Origin: Akkermansiaceae bacterium
GTDB lineage: Bacteria > Verrucomicrobiota > Verrucomicrobiia > Verrucomicrobiales > Akkermansiaceae
DNA length: 64,000 nt
Assembly: GCA_025362955.1 (NCBI GenBank)
Contig: JANYFB010000273.1
Span: 8,455 to 72,454, forward strand
Direction: 5' to 3'
Part shown: positions 10,277 to 20,016 of the stretch, piece after piece
Numbering within the stretch: position 1 is the first letter of the stretch
Layout of the letters: every line of letters starts with the position of its first letter
Made by a program: the position numbers and the translations under genes
The notes under the pieces: model-generated
Databases searched by the model: none
Seen by the model: only the letters and a program-made list of their open reading frames with translations
What the model was told of the DNA's origin: nothing

Positions 10277-12559
10277 CTATCGGGAAAGTCCTTGGAGCAG
10301 TTGATTGGCTTCAAGAAAATCCGGGCGAAGTTGAAGCGCACGGCTAGCGGCAGCGAGGGCTTCGTTTTTCTGACCTAGCCTCGCATGAACGGTAGCGCGG
10401 GCGTAGGGAATAGCAGCGTCAGCGGGATCGGCGACTTCACCATGGCGGAGGGCGTCGATTGCTTCGCGGAGTTGGTTCATGGAGCTGCGGGCGAGTCCAA
10501 GATTATACCACGCTCGGGCAAAATGAGAGTCTAACCGGACGGTTTCTTCCAAGGCAGTGATTGTCCCCGGAAGGTCGCCTGACTCATTGAGCGAGAGAGC
10601 GAGGGTGAAATAATATTCAGGACTGCCAGGATCGAGTCGAATGGCTCGCCGGAATTCTTGGATAGATCCGTTAGAATCGCCAGTGGTGTTCAGAAGGATG
10701 GCGAGGTCGTGATGAAAAGGTGCGGAATTAGGATCCCACTCGATGGCTTTCCGCATCTGGCGGATGGCGGAGGCTTGGTCCCCGCGGAGCGATGCGAATT
10801 GGCCGAGCTGCATTCGTCCAGTCGGTTGGTCAGCATTAAGATCAAGCATGTGAACAAGCTCCCGACCGGCGCGAGTTTCGAGGTCGAGGGTGTCGCACAG
10901 CGCCCACGCGGCGGCGATGCGCACCGAGCGCGAAGAATCATCCAGCAGAGGTTGGAGCGCGTCGCGAACAGGGTTGTTTTTTTCACGGGCAGGGATTTCG
11001 AGTGTGCGGGCGGCGGCTTCCCGGACAAGTGGGCTGGTATTGGTAATTTGGCCCAGCATGGCTTGGATGACGGGTGGTTCTAACCCCCAATGGGCAAGGA
11101 GACGGCAGGCGGTGGCCTGCCAGGCAGGGATGGGTTCGCTGGCTAACAGTCTAACGAGGCCATCGCGGGCGGCGTGCTCCCCCCGCCGGGCTTGGGCGAC
11201 GAGCAGGGCGCGGGTGCGGGTGGAGCGGTCGGGTTTTTCCCCGTAGAATTGCTTCATGGCGGAAATGGCCCAGTCGGCATCCTTGTCGCTATGGCAGCGG
11301 TTGCAGGCGTTTGGCACGGTTTCCTCCTTCGTTAGACGCGGATCGGGAATGGTGAAGCCGTGATCGTGACGCGGGTCACGTTGCATGTAGGTGGTGACCG
11401 GCATGTGGCAGGAAACGCATTGGTTGCCGGTGCTATCAGAACCATGATGGCTGTGGGTAACGGGATTGATCACAGGCGCGGAGGGGAAATCCTTGCGAGT
11501 TCCCGCATGGCAATTCATGCAAAGTTGGTTTCCGGGAGTTAGGAGTTCGTTAGAGTGCGGATCATGACAATCGGCGCATCGGACTCCCGCGTGGTGCATT
11601 TTGCTAGAGAGGAAGGAGGAATACTCGTAATTTTCGCTATGAATCTGACCGTCTGGATAAAAGGTGTTCGTTTCGTCGGCGACGGTCAGGCTGAAGTGGT
11701 CGTCGAATTTTTCGCCGGGGATGAGATCGCCAGTAAGTTCTCCACGACGGGCGTGACAGGCGGCGCAGGTCTCAGTGACTTGGTCGCGGCTGAAGGGATG
11801 AAGGGTAGGATCCTTCTTCGCGCCTAACAGCGGCTTTTTCTGCCATACGACGTGATCCTTCATCGGGCCGTGGCAAGCTTCACAGCTCACGGTCATTTCG
11901 GCCATGGTGGTGTGATAGCTGTTGGCCCGCGGCTCGTAGTTTTTTCTAACACGGGTGTTGTGGCAGGCGGCGCACATCGAGTTCCAGTTCATGCCCTGGC
12001 CGGTCCAGTGCCCCCAATCGCCGGGGACGCGTTCGTCGTCCCCAAAAACACCGAACCATTCGTTTTTGGTGGGGTCCAATGCCGCATCGCAGGCCTGCAT
12101 CCGCCCGCCGGGAGCAGCGATGAGGAACTGACGCAGGGGATCGTGGCCAATGACTCTAACGACTGGAAAAGAATGCTGCTTTTTATCGAGTCCAAGCGTG
12201 AGGATTTTCGCAAGACCATCGGCATCAACGAAAGCTTCGGACGTCTCCTGGCTGTGGCCGAAAGTTTGTTTCGGTGAAAAAAATGGGTAGTCCTTATCCT
12301 TACCGACTGCTCGCTCGGCGAGGCCATGGTGGGAATGCAGCCATTTTTCAACCGCCGCTTGGTGGCACTCGCGGCAGGTTTCCGAACCGGAATATTTCGC
12401 ATGGATCTCGGCCTCGGAAACGAGAATGGGGCCAACCAAAGCCGCTGGCTTTTCCACAGGATGCGGCGTGTTGAAAAAATCGGGAATCAGCAAAAAAGCC
12501 GTGGCAAAGGCGGCAACTGCCAGAGCAATGAAGGTAAGTGACTTTTTCCCGATGTTCAT
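10277..12559 (-). CDS. membrane-anchored octaheme c-type cytochrome fused to HEAT and TPR repeats
   Basis: Eight CxxCH motifs: CRECH, CAACH, CEACH, CAACH, CADCH, CMNCH, CVSCH, CNRCH. An N-terminal TM helix is present; I prefer the MNIGKK start at 12559, while the ORF track extends to 12592. The C-terminus carries HEAT-like repeats (SPLVREAAARTL, SRSVRIAAAWAL) and then about 5 TPRs. Confidence 0.85.
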   Translation of the reverse strand: MNIGKKSLTFIALAVAAFATAFLLIPDFFNTPHPVEKPAALVGPILVSEAEIHAKYSGSETCRECHQAAVEKWLHSHHGLAERAVGKDKDYPFFSPKQTFGHSQETSEAFVDADGLAKILTLGLDKKQHSFPVVRVIGHDPLRQFLIAAPGGRMQACDAALDPTKNEWFGVFGDDERVPGDWGHWTGQGMNWNSMCAACHNTRVRKNYEPRANSYHTTMAEMTVSCEACHGPMKDHVVWQKKPLLGAKKDPTLHPFSRDQVTETCAACHARRGELTGDLIPGEKFDDHFSLTVADETNTFYPDGQIHSENYEYSSFLSSKMHHAGVRCADCHDPHSNELLTPGNQLCMNCHAGTRKDFPSAPVINPVTHSHHGSDSTGNQCVSCHMPVTTYMQRDPRHDHGFTIPDPRLTKEETVPNACNRCHSDKDADWAISAMKQFYGEKPDRSTRTRALLVAQARRGEHAARDGLVRLLASEPIPAWQATACRLLAHWGLEPPVIQAMLGQITNTSPLVREAAARTLEIPAREKNNPVRDALQPLLDDSSRSVRIAAAWALCDTLDLETRAGRELVHMLDLNADQPTGRMQLGQFASLRGDQASAIRQMRKAIEWDPNSAPFHHDLAILLNTTGDSNGSIQEFRRAIRLDPGSPEYYFTLALSLNESGDLPGTITALEETVRLDSHFARAWYNLGLARSSMNQLREAIDALRHGEVADPADAAIPYARATVHARLGQKNEALAAASRALQLRPDFLEANQLLQGLSR

Positions 12560-12853
12560 GTCCGTGACGTGCTCTAGCGTCCGCGAGCCCAATGTGAAGC
12601 GAAAGGAAATTCTGGGAAGGCGGTTCTTTCACGATTCATTGCCGAGCTGACACATTCCTTCAATTCTTGGATTACTGCCGTCAGACAACTACAGCCGCCG
12701 CATCAATTTTTCCCCATGAAGAAGACATCTCATCGGGATAATGGAGTGCATTGCAAATTGTTTCAATAGGCTTGCAGGTGGCACGATTCGTGTTTCATGG
12801 TCGCTGTAGCGGACCCTATTCCACAGATCCGCCCGAACCAAAACCACGTCCAC

Positions 12854-14272
12854 ATGAACCTAGCATTCTCATCGAATCGTCCTCCGGTCCGCGGCCTCGT
12901 CACCCAACTGACAATGGCAGTCGCTCTCGTTCCGGTCATCGGTCAAGCGGCCGAAAAGGACGTCCCGCTCTTCGACAGTTGGCTTCACCAACAACTGCCA
13001 GAGAGCCAGGCTTGGGACATCGGCGCGGAATTCCGCGCACGTTACGAGAACAAGGAGGATGCGGGAGTTACCCCGAACACCGATTTCATTTCGGGTCTGG
13101 CAGACAGCCGGGAAGCGACCTATCTGCGAGAGAAAATCCACGTCGGATACAAGGCGGCGCCATGGCTCAGCGCCTTTGTGGAAGCACGGGACGCCTCGGC
13201 CCATGAAGATCTCAAGGCGGTTGATGTTTTCGACCTTCACCAGGCGTATTTAAGCTTGGGAAATGCCAAGGAATTTCCTCTCACGGCGCAGATTGGCCGA
13301 CAGGAGTTGTCTTACGGCGACCAAAGATTCGTCGGCAAAGGTGACTGGAACAATACCGGACGCTCGTTTGATGCGATCAAGCTGCGGATGGAAAATTCCT
13401 TCGGCTGGGTTGACGTTTTCACCAGTCGGGTGGTGCTCGTGGATGACGGGAATTTCAACATCAGCAATGACTACGATTATTTTTCAGGTATCTACGCTGC
13501 TTCCAAACAACTGATGCCTTGGCAGGAGACACAGGCATATTTCCTCGCCAGAAATTACGGGGTCAAGGCACCTAACGCGCTCTCGACAGGCATCCCCGGT
13601 TCCCCATCCACGCAACGGGACATTTACACCCTCGGCACGCTCTGGAAATCCAATCCCGAGGATTTCTGCGGCTGGGACTATAGCATGGAACTCGCCTATC
13701 AGTTCGGCAGCGTCTATAACACGGCGCTGAACTCCCGGCTCGACCAGCAATCCTACGCCGCCTTTCTGGATACGGGTTACACTTGGAAAAACTCCTTTGG
13801 CACACCGAGGATCGGACTCGGCTATGAGTTCGGTTCGGGAGACAGCGACCCCACCGACGGCAAGGTGGAAACCTTCGAGAATCTCTTCGGTACCCAACAC
13901 AAACCCTACGGCCTGATGGATTTGGCCGGAGCACGGAATATGCATATTCCCAAGCTCGAGTTCTCCGTGAAGCCGACCAAGGGACTCACCCTGTCTGCGG
14001 ATTACCTCGTCTTCATTCTAGCAGACACAAATGACTCATTTTATCCTGAATCCGGCAGCGCCCGCAGTGGCAATGGCTACGGGATCAATCCTGGATACGG
14101 CGCGTTCGTAGGTTCGGAGCTAGATCTCTACGCCAGCTACGCGGTCACCAAGTGGGCAAATTATCAAATCGGTTACGGCCATTTTTTCACCGGAGATTAT
14201 ATCAAGGACTCCGTCGGATCTGCTGCCACCGATGCGGATTGGTTCTACACCCAGCTCACGCTGACGTTCTAA
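12854..14272 (+). CDS. alginate-export (AlgE-like) family outer-membrane porin
   Basis: Signal peptide present. Family-like motifs are EFRARYE, LHQAYLSL, IGRQELSYGDQRFVG.GDWNNTGRSFDA, a beta-barrel-type alternating pattern, and a C-terminal F. Start taken at MNLAFSS (12854). Confidence 0.7.
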   Translation: MNLAFSSNRPPVRGLVTQLTMAVALVPVIGQAAEKDVPLFDSWLHQQLPESQAWDIGAEFRARYENKEDAGVTPNTDFISGLADSREATYLREKIHVGYKAAPWLSAFVEARDASAHEDLKAVDVFDLHQAYLSLGNAKEFPLTAQIGRQELSYGDQRFVGKGDWNNTGRSFDAIKLRMENSFGWVDVFTSRVVLVDDGNFNISNDYDYFSGIYAASKQLMPWQETQAYFLARNYGVKAPNALSTGIPGSPSTQRDIYTLGTLWKSNPEDFCGWDYSMELAYQFGSVYNTALNSRLDQQSYAAFLDTGYTWKNSFGTPRIGLGYEFGSGDSDPTDGKVETFENLFGTQHKPYGLMDLAGARNMHIPKLEFSVKPTKGLTLSADYLVFILADTNDSFYPESGSARSGNGYGINPGYGAFVGSELDLYASYAVTKWANYQIGYGHFFTGDYIKDSVGSAATDADWFYTQLTLTF

Positions 14273-14280
14273 CCTAATCC

Positions 14281-15033
14281 ATGAATGCGTTCATCTGCAT
14301 TTCCGCAATCGCACTGTCATTCCCCGCTACAGGAGGACTTCACGCTGCGGAAATCATGGTGTTCGCCGCCGCCAGTCTAACGGAATCCCTCAAGGACATC
14401 GCCGCCGGTTATGAAAAAACCAGCGGTGATGTGGTGCGGTTCAACTTCGCCGCCTCCAACACCCTCGCCCAACAGATCCAAGCAGGTGCGCCCGCTGACG
14501 TGTTCTTTTCTGCCGATGAGGCGAAGATGGAAGCGTTAGATAAGGCCGGACTCATCGCGCAGGACACCCGCAAAGATCTGCTAGGGAATTCGCTGGTCGT
14601 CATTGTCCCGGAAGGCGGCCCGGCCATCGCGAAAATCGCGGATCTAACCACACCCGCGATCAAGCACTTGTCGCTGGGCGATCCCAAGGCCGTGCCTGCG
14701 GGAGTTTATGCGAAAGCCTGCCTGGAAAAAGCCGGGTTTTGGCCCGCTCTCGAGCCGAAGGTCGTCCCAGCGGATAATGTGCGGGCAGCGCTGGTTGTGG
14801 TGGAATCCGGCAACGCAGAGGCCGGGATTGTTTACAAAACAGACGCAGCCATTTCAAAAAAAGTGAAGGTCGCCCTCGAAATCCCCGCTGCCGATGGGCC
14901 GAAAATCACCTACCCTGCCGCCTTACTTAAAGACCCGCGCAACCCGGAAGCGGCGCGAAAATTTCTGATATATCTCGCGGGCAAGGAGGCAGATGAAACA
15001 TTCGTGAAGTTCGGCTTTTCTGTGATCGACTGA
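14281..15033 (+). CDS. modA: molybdate ABC transporter substrate-binding protein
   Basis: 250 aa with a signal peptide. FAAASL..., FNFAASNTLAQQI..GAPADVFFSAD and PAGVYAKACLEKAG are typical ModA. Confidence 0.9.
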   Translation: MNAFICISAIALSFPATGGLHAAEIMVFAAASLTESLKDIAAGYEKTSGDVVRFNFAASNTLAQQIQAGAPADVFFSADEAKMEALDKAGLIAQDTRKDLLGNSLVVIVPEGGPAIAKIADLTTPAIKHLSLGDPKAVPAGVYAKACLEKAGFWPALEPKVVPADNVRAALVVVESGNAEAGIVYKTDAAISKKVKVALEIPAADGPKITYPAALLKDPRNPEAARKFLIYLAGKEADETFVKFGFSVID

Positions 15034-15054
15034 GCGGGCATCCTTGCTCGGATC

Positions 15055-15717
15055 ATGACTGCCGAAGAATCCCAGATCGTCGCGTTTTCCATCGCGATGG
15101 CACTTCTCGGTACCACCTTGATCCTGCCACCCGGAGTGGCGCTCGGCTGGTTGCTGGCGCGGAAGAACTGGCCGGGAAAAACGTTGGTGGAAACACTCGT
15201 TGCCCTGCCGCTCGTACTTCCACCGGTGTTGACGGGGCTGGTTCTGCTGCGCTTGTTCGGAAGGCGCGGGCCGTTAGGCGCTTGGCTGGACCAGACTTTT
15301 CAAACGGACATCATTTTTACCTGGAAGGCAGTGGTGCTGGCTCTATCCGTAATGTCGCTACCCTTGTTAGTCCGCAATGCCCGCGCCGCGATCGAAGAGG
15401 TGGACCCGGAACTGGAGCAAATGGCCCGCACGCTGGGCTCCCCGGAATGGCGGGTTTTCCTTTTCATCACCCTGCCACTCGCCAAGCGCGGAATCCTGGC
15501 GGGCATGTTGTTAGCGTTCGCCCGCGCGCTCGGTGAGTTCGGAGCCACCATCATGGTTGCTGGGAACATTCCCGGAAAAACCACCACCCTATCGGTGGCG
15601 ATCTATCAGCACGTCCAGCTTGGCCAGGACGATACGGTGTGGAAGCTCTCCGCCATTTCCGCAGGGATCGCCTTCGCCGTACTCTATCTGAGCGAGATGC
15701 TTCAGAAAAGGAGGTGA
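15055..15717 (+). CDS. modB: molybdate ABC transporter permease
   Basis: 220 aa. EAA-loop region EEVDPELEQMARTLG, then FARALGEFGATIMVAGNIPGKT, characteristic of ModB. Confidence 0.9.
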   Translation: MTAEESQIVAFSIAMALLGTTLILPPGVALGWLLARKNWPGKTLVETLVALPLVLPPVLTGLVLLRLFGRRGPLGAWLDQTFQTDIIFTWKAVVLALSVMSLPLLVRNARAAIEEVDPELEQMARTLGSPEWRVFLFITLPLAKRGILAGMLLAFARALGEFGATIMVAGNIPGKTTTLSVAIYQHVQLGQDDTVWKLSAISAGIAFAVLYLSEMLQKRR

Positions 15718-15729
15718 TCCCCGCTACAT

Positions 15730-18240
15730 TTAGATTCTCCGCATGGCGATGCCGCTGATGAGGAAGGCGAATCCTGCATAGACGAACCAGTGCGCGATGT
15801 CCTGATAGACGGCGGAAGATGGGAGATCGGCCCTTACTTTTTCGGGATCGAAATGGGCCATAACTGCGAGCGCGGCGTCTGGCTCGCGGTCGAGGCGATA
15901 TTCCGCAGGATAGTCGCGCTGCCAGCCGAGTGTTTTCATCAACGAGTGATCGGTATCTCGCAGACTGAGATTCACGCGGTCACGGCCTATCAGATTAACA
16001 GATGCCTCGTAGCGACCCACGCCGGTCTGACGAATGCTAACAGGTAAATCCGCTCCGTTTCCGTCGATGGCCTTAGCATCCCATTTCACACGATCCACGG
16101 GGCGGTCCTGTTCGTCACGGCGTGTGATGTCCACGATCCAGCGTTCGCGATCCACCGAGCCAGCGGCTGATAGACCGGTGGATTGTTCCTTGCGGACGAT
16201 TCCCCGAAAGATCTGCGCCCAGAATGCGCCGCCATTTCCCCAGCCGAGCCATTCACCGCCCCATTTCTCGGTGAGATCGGAGGTCCAGCAGAGGCCAGTG
16301 CCGAGGCCGTAGTGGCAAATGGCTAACAAGGGATCGCCGGTTTCCGCTGCGAGTAACAGATTGGCGGTTGGCTTGGTCTGGGTCATGACATAGCCGAGGA
16401 CGTAAGGAAGCTGAGCCTTCCCGTAACCTGATAGAATCGGATGATCACCCGTGACAACTGTGGCGTAGAGGTCTTCCTTAATCGCGGAGCGAGATGCCTG
16501 CATCGTTTCCTTGGTGAAAATCTGCGGCATGTTCGCTGGATCATCCGTCTCGTAATAGCGTCCACCGCCTTCCTGAGCAATCAACTGCATCACGCCCTTG
16601 GCCGCGCCCGCGCCGAGGCAGACGCTGGAAACCGTCATCCCTTGCGCCCGCATGTCGCGGGTCAGGCCGGCGAAGTCGTTATCCGGCGTCTCACCGTCTG
16701 ATAGCACAATCATGTGCTTCACCTTGGCCACGGCGTTTTGCAACAGCTCACGACCCTTGACCATGCCCGGATAAGCATCGGTGCCGCCGTCGGCTTGTAG
16801 GGAGTCGATGGCATTCATGACCGTCCCGCGATCTGCGGCGCTGGTCATGTTAAGAATGACGCGAGTCTCGCTGTCGAAGCCGACGACCGCGATCTGGTCC
16901 TGCGCGCCTAACAATTCAGCTGCCGCTTTGGCGGAGGCACGGGCGAGAGCGATCCGCTCGCCATCCATCGAGCCGCTCTTGTCGATGACTAACACCATCG
17001 CCAAACTCGGTTTCTGCTTTTCCTTTTCATAGCGCGAAGTAAGCGGGAGTGCCTCCTCGACCGGAGTGCGGAAATAGCCGCCGAGGCCGAACGAATTTTC
17101 CGAACCCAGCATTGCAAGCCCACCGCCGAAGTCGGAAACGTAACGCCGCAGTAGTTCCATCTGGCGCACGCTCATGGAGGTGGCGGGCACGTCTGCTAGA
17201 ATCACGGCATCGAAGGCGAGCAGCTCCGCCATCGTGTCTGGCAAGCCGCGTTCGCCGCGCAGTTCGAGTTCGAGCCCTTGTTTTTTCAGGGCGCGTGCCA
17301 AGGGGCGGAGTTGTTTCTCGTCGCGATGAAGTGCTAACAGCCGCGGCTCACCTTTGACCGTGATGGTGGTGGCGACCTTGTTATTGATCGGAAACCAGTC
17401 TTTCTCCGGAAGTAGCTCGGCCTCCCAACGGCTCTCGCCAGCTGCGGTCATTTCCACATCGAGCGTGACGGAGGTTTCCTTGCCCGCTTCGAGTTTCAAG
17501 GGTGCCGAGGCCACCGCCACACCTCCGTGGAGAATCCGGGCGGTGGCATTCATCGCTTCGTTCGCCCGCATCCGCAGGCGCATTCGGACGATTTCACCGC
17601 GATAGGCGACGCGGGCTAACGGCTCTAACGCGACCAGCGCGGCTTCGGGCCGACGCAGACCTTCCATCGGCCGGAAACGAAGATCCACGCCTTCCTCATG
17701 GAGGGTTTTGATCGCCGCCTGGACGCCGGGTGTGGTCGGACAGCCATCGGAAAAAACCACCAGCCTGCGAGCCATCCCGGCATCGAAAGCGAGCCGCGAG
17801 CCTAACAGAGCTTCAGCTAATTTCGTCGAATCCCTCGCCGAGGCATCCGCCGTACCCGCCGTTGCTTCATCGGCCAGCTTGCGAAGACTTTTCGAGTCCG
17901 CCGTAGCCAAGCGGGTGCCAAACGCCAATAACGACGAACGATCCGAACTATGGAGCATGGATGATGCCTTTTCGATTTCCGTCACCGCGCCGCGGATCGC
18001 GTCGGGATCGACAGACTCCGAGACGTCAACCAGATAGACAACATGCAGGCGGTCACTTTTTGAAAGCCAATACGGCCTGCACAATGCGAGAATCAAACAC
18101 ACCGCGCCGAGCAAGCGAAGACTGTGAGCCAGCCACTTGCGGGCGGGCGGACGATCCACAAGGGAGCGCCGCCAGACGTACACGCTGGCGATGGCGCAGG
18201 CGACTAACAGCCAAAGGGGAAGGAAGGTGGAAAACTGCAT
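15730..18240 (-). CDS. multi-domain vWA / glutamine-amidotransferase-like membrane protein (Bat-operon type)
   Basis: 836 aa. N-terminal TM helices are followed by vWA MIDAS-like VVYLVDVSESVD and a GATase1-like block (FDAVILADVP...LRRYVSDFGGGLAMLG). A second vWA domain reads MVLVIDKSGSMDG...ADGGTDAYPG...MIVLSDGET. A C-terminal TM helix is present. Confidence 0.8.
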   Translation of the reverse strand: MQFSTFLPLWLLVACAIASVYVWRRSLVDRPPARKWLAHSLRLLGAVCLILALCRPYWLSKSDRLHVVYLVDVSESVDPDAIRGAVTEIEKASSMLHSSDRSSLLAFGTRLATADSKSLRKLADEATAGTADASARDSTKLAEALLGSRLAFDAGMARRLVVFSDGCPTTPGVQAAIKTLHEEGVDLRFRPMEGLRRPEAALVALEPLARVAYRGEIVRMRLRMRANEAMNATARILHGGVAVASAPLKLEAGKETSVTLDVEMTAAGESRWEAELLPEKDWFPINNKVATTITVKGEPRLLALHRDEKQLRPLARALKKQGLELELRGERGLPDTMAELLAFDAVILADVPATSMSVRQMELLRRYVSDFGGGLAMLGSENSFGLGGYFRTPVEEALPLTSRYEKEKQKPSLAMVLVIDKSGSMDGERIALARASAKAAAELLGAQDQIAVVGFDSETRVILNMTSAADRGTVMNAIDSLQADGGTDAYPGMVKGRELLQNAVAKVKHMIVLSDGETPDNDFAGLTRDMRAQGMTVSSVCLGAGAAKGVMQLIAQEGGGRYYETDDPANMPQIFTKETMQASRSAIKEDLYATVVTGDHPILSGYGKAQLPYVLGYVMTQTKPTANLLLAAETGDPLLAICHYGLGTGLCWTSDLTEKWGGEWLGWGNGGAFWAQIFRGIVRKEQSTGLSAAGSVDRERWIVDITRRDEQDRPVDRVKWDAKAIDGNGADLPVSIRQTGVGRYEASVNLIGRDRVNLSLRDTDHSLMKTLGWQRDYPAEYRLDREPDAALAVMAHFDPEKVRADLPSSAVYQDIAHWFVYAGFAFLISGIAMRRI

Positions 18241-18252
18241 GGAGATTGGGAA

Positions 18253-20016
18253 TCAGCCAACTTTGCGGCGGTGATAGAGAATTTCCTCAACGAAGAGGGC
18301 GACCAGCGCGGCGAGCAGAAACCAAGCAGCCAGCGGCCAACCTGAGGCGAGCTTCACTTGTGGCGGAGTGACACCGCCAGCGGCTGGACCGGATTCACCG
18401 GCGGACAAAACCGCGCCTCCGAGCTGCCAGTTCGTCGAGTTTCGTGAAAACCCATAATTGCCGATGCGGTCGATAGTGACGGGCGTTTGCAGCGGTAGCG
18501 GGCCAACTTTTTCGCCTTGGCGGAGGGTTGCCGCACTGAGTGCCTCGGTGCCGGGGACTTCCACCAAACTGCCGGTTGCGACTGCCGATGGAAAGGTGTT
18601 GTCTCTACCTGTTAGGAGAACCGCCGCATCGTGGACCAACACCGGGAACCAAGGTGACAGAAAGAAGTCCTCGCGCGACGGATCGAAATTCATCACCACG
18701 GCACGACGGCCGTTCACCGAACAGGTGTAGAGCAAGGGCGTGCCATCGGCATGGGCTAGAACGATGACAGCACCGGGCGGAGGTGTTAGCTTCCTCGCCC
18801 CATCGAAGGTGAGTAACGCGGGATCAATGCGGGCGATCAGCGCGTGTTCCTTGGCGACCACTTCGGGAGCACCCGGCGACAATTCCGCGCCGAGCTTGTT
18901 CCAAAATGGCGACTCGCCAGAGGGCGCGAAGACGATCGTGGTTTCCGTATCCGGCGGCGAACCTTCCGCAAGTGAAAGCCTGCCAAAGCCATCGATCTGC
19001 TCGAACAACGAGTCCGCCCGACTGAAGGCGGAGATGCATTGTTGGAAGAAAAACGGATTTTTCGCGGCCACTTGCACGGGAATCGGCTGGGGTGCGTTGA
19101 AGCCTAACGGTACGATGTCATCGCTTGCCAGAGCATCCGATCCGCGCAAGCGCAGCAGCCAAGCGCCGGGTGCGATGCCATCCAGCGGGATCGACTCACT
19201 CGCCTCGCCGCGGGCGGGTAAATGCATGGAAAATAAGCGCGCCAGCTTGCCGGAGTCTGCCGTCACTAACTCCAGTTCCACCTCCCGTGCTTCGGGAAAA
19301 TCCGACACCAGCGAGACGAACAAGGAGGCGCGGCCCGGACCATCCCAGTGCAAGTCAGCCGCCGTGATTCCCGCGTTGCCCGCCTGACCGCCTAGGGTGA
19401 CGACTTCCACACCGGGAGGGATTTCCAGCGCTGCGGAATGCATATCAGTTAGAAGCAGTATCCTTGTTTTCGCAGTGTTCCCCGTGGCTGTTAGTAAGGC
19501 GAGTTCGTCGAGTGCATGGGGATCGAGGGATAAGTCCGTGGCGGTGACGCCATCGAGCGCGTCACGCAACAACCTCGCATGGTTCGTTAGATTCGCACGG
19601 TATTCAATTTTTCCCGCCACCGTCGCAATGGCTGCCCGCTGCGAGCCGCCTAGCGCCGAGATCCATGAATCCGCCAATTCCTTGGCGCGGGTGAGACGTG
19701 ATTTCCCTTCGTCGATGCCGTTCATTGATACTGAGCGGTCGATGACAATAAGCAGATCTGGAGCCTTGCCGTCACCGATGCGTGGCTTGGTTAGAGCAAA
19801 TACCGCTGCGCTGAAGCCGAGCGCGACTAACAGCAGTGAAAGCAGATTCCGCAGTCGTTGGAAGAGCGAGTTCGATGCCTTTTGTTTAAAAACCTGCTGC
19901 CAGAGGAAAAACGCATTCACCGACTGGCGGCGCGGGCGGATCTTGATGAAATAAACCGCAGCAAGTGGCAGCAGTGCCAGGGAAGCCCAGAAAAACGCGG
20001 GAAAACCAAAGGTCAT
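18253..20016 (-). CDS. BatA-N (aerotolerance regulator N-terminal) domain / vWA-like membrane protein
   Basis: The preferred start MTFGFPAFFWASLALLPLAAVYFIKIRPRRQ is a BatA_N-type motif. Its ATG overlaps the DUF58 stop as ATGA (plus strand tcat at 20013..20016). Also present are vWA-like LLIVIDRSVSMNG and a C-terminal TM helix. Confidence 0.75.
   Translation of the reverse strand: MTFGFPAFFWASLALLPLAAVYFIKIRPRRQSVNAFFLWQQVFKQKASNSLFQRLRNLLSLLLVALGFSAAVFALTKPRIGDGKAPDLLIVIDRSVSMNGIDEGKSRLTRAKELADSWISALGGSQRAAIATVAGKIEYRANLTNHARLLRDALDGVTATDLSLDPHALDELALLTATGNTAKTRILLLTDMHSAALEIPPGVEVVTLGGQAGNAGITAADLHWDGPGRASLFVSLVSDFPEAREVELELVTADSGKLARLFSMHLPARGEASESIPLDGIAPGAWLLRLRGSDALASDDIVPLGFNAPQPIPVQVAAKNPFFFQQCISAFSRADSLFEQIDGFGRLSLAEGSPPDTETTIVFAPSGESPFWNKLGAELSPGAPEVVAKEHALIARIDPALLTFDGARKLTPPPGAVIVLAHADGTPLLYTCSVNGRRAVVMNFDPSREDFFLSPWFPVLVHDAAVLLTGRDNTFPSAVATGSLVEVPGTEALSAATLRQGEKVGPLPLQTPVTIDRIGNYGFSRNSTNWQLGGAVLSAGESGPAAGGVTPPQVKLASGWPLAAWFLLAALVALFVEEILYHRRKVG

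Noticed and set aside
12593-12853. Possible Moco/Wco riboswitch upstream of the porin-modAB cluster.
   Set aside because: I could not recognise the conserved Moco motif elements by eye. The idea is left only as a check under the modAB finding.
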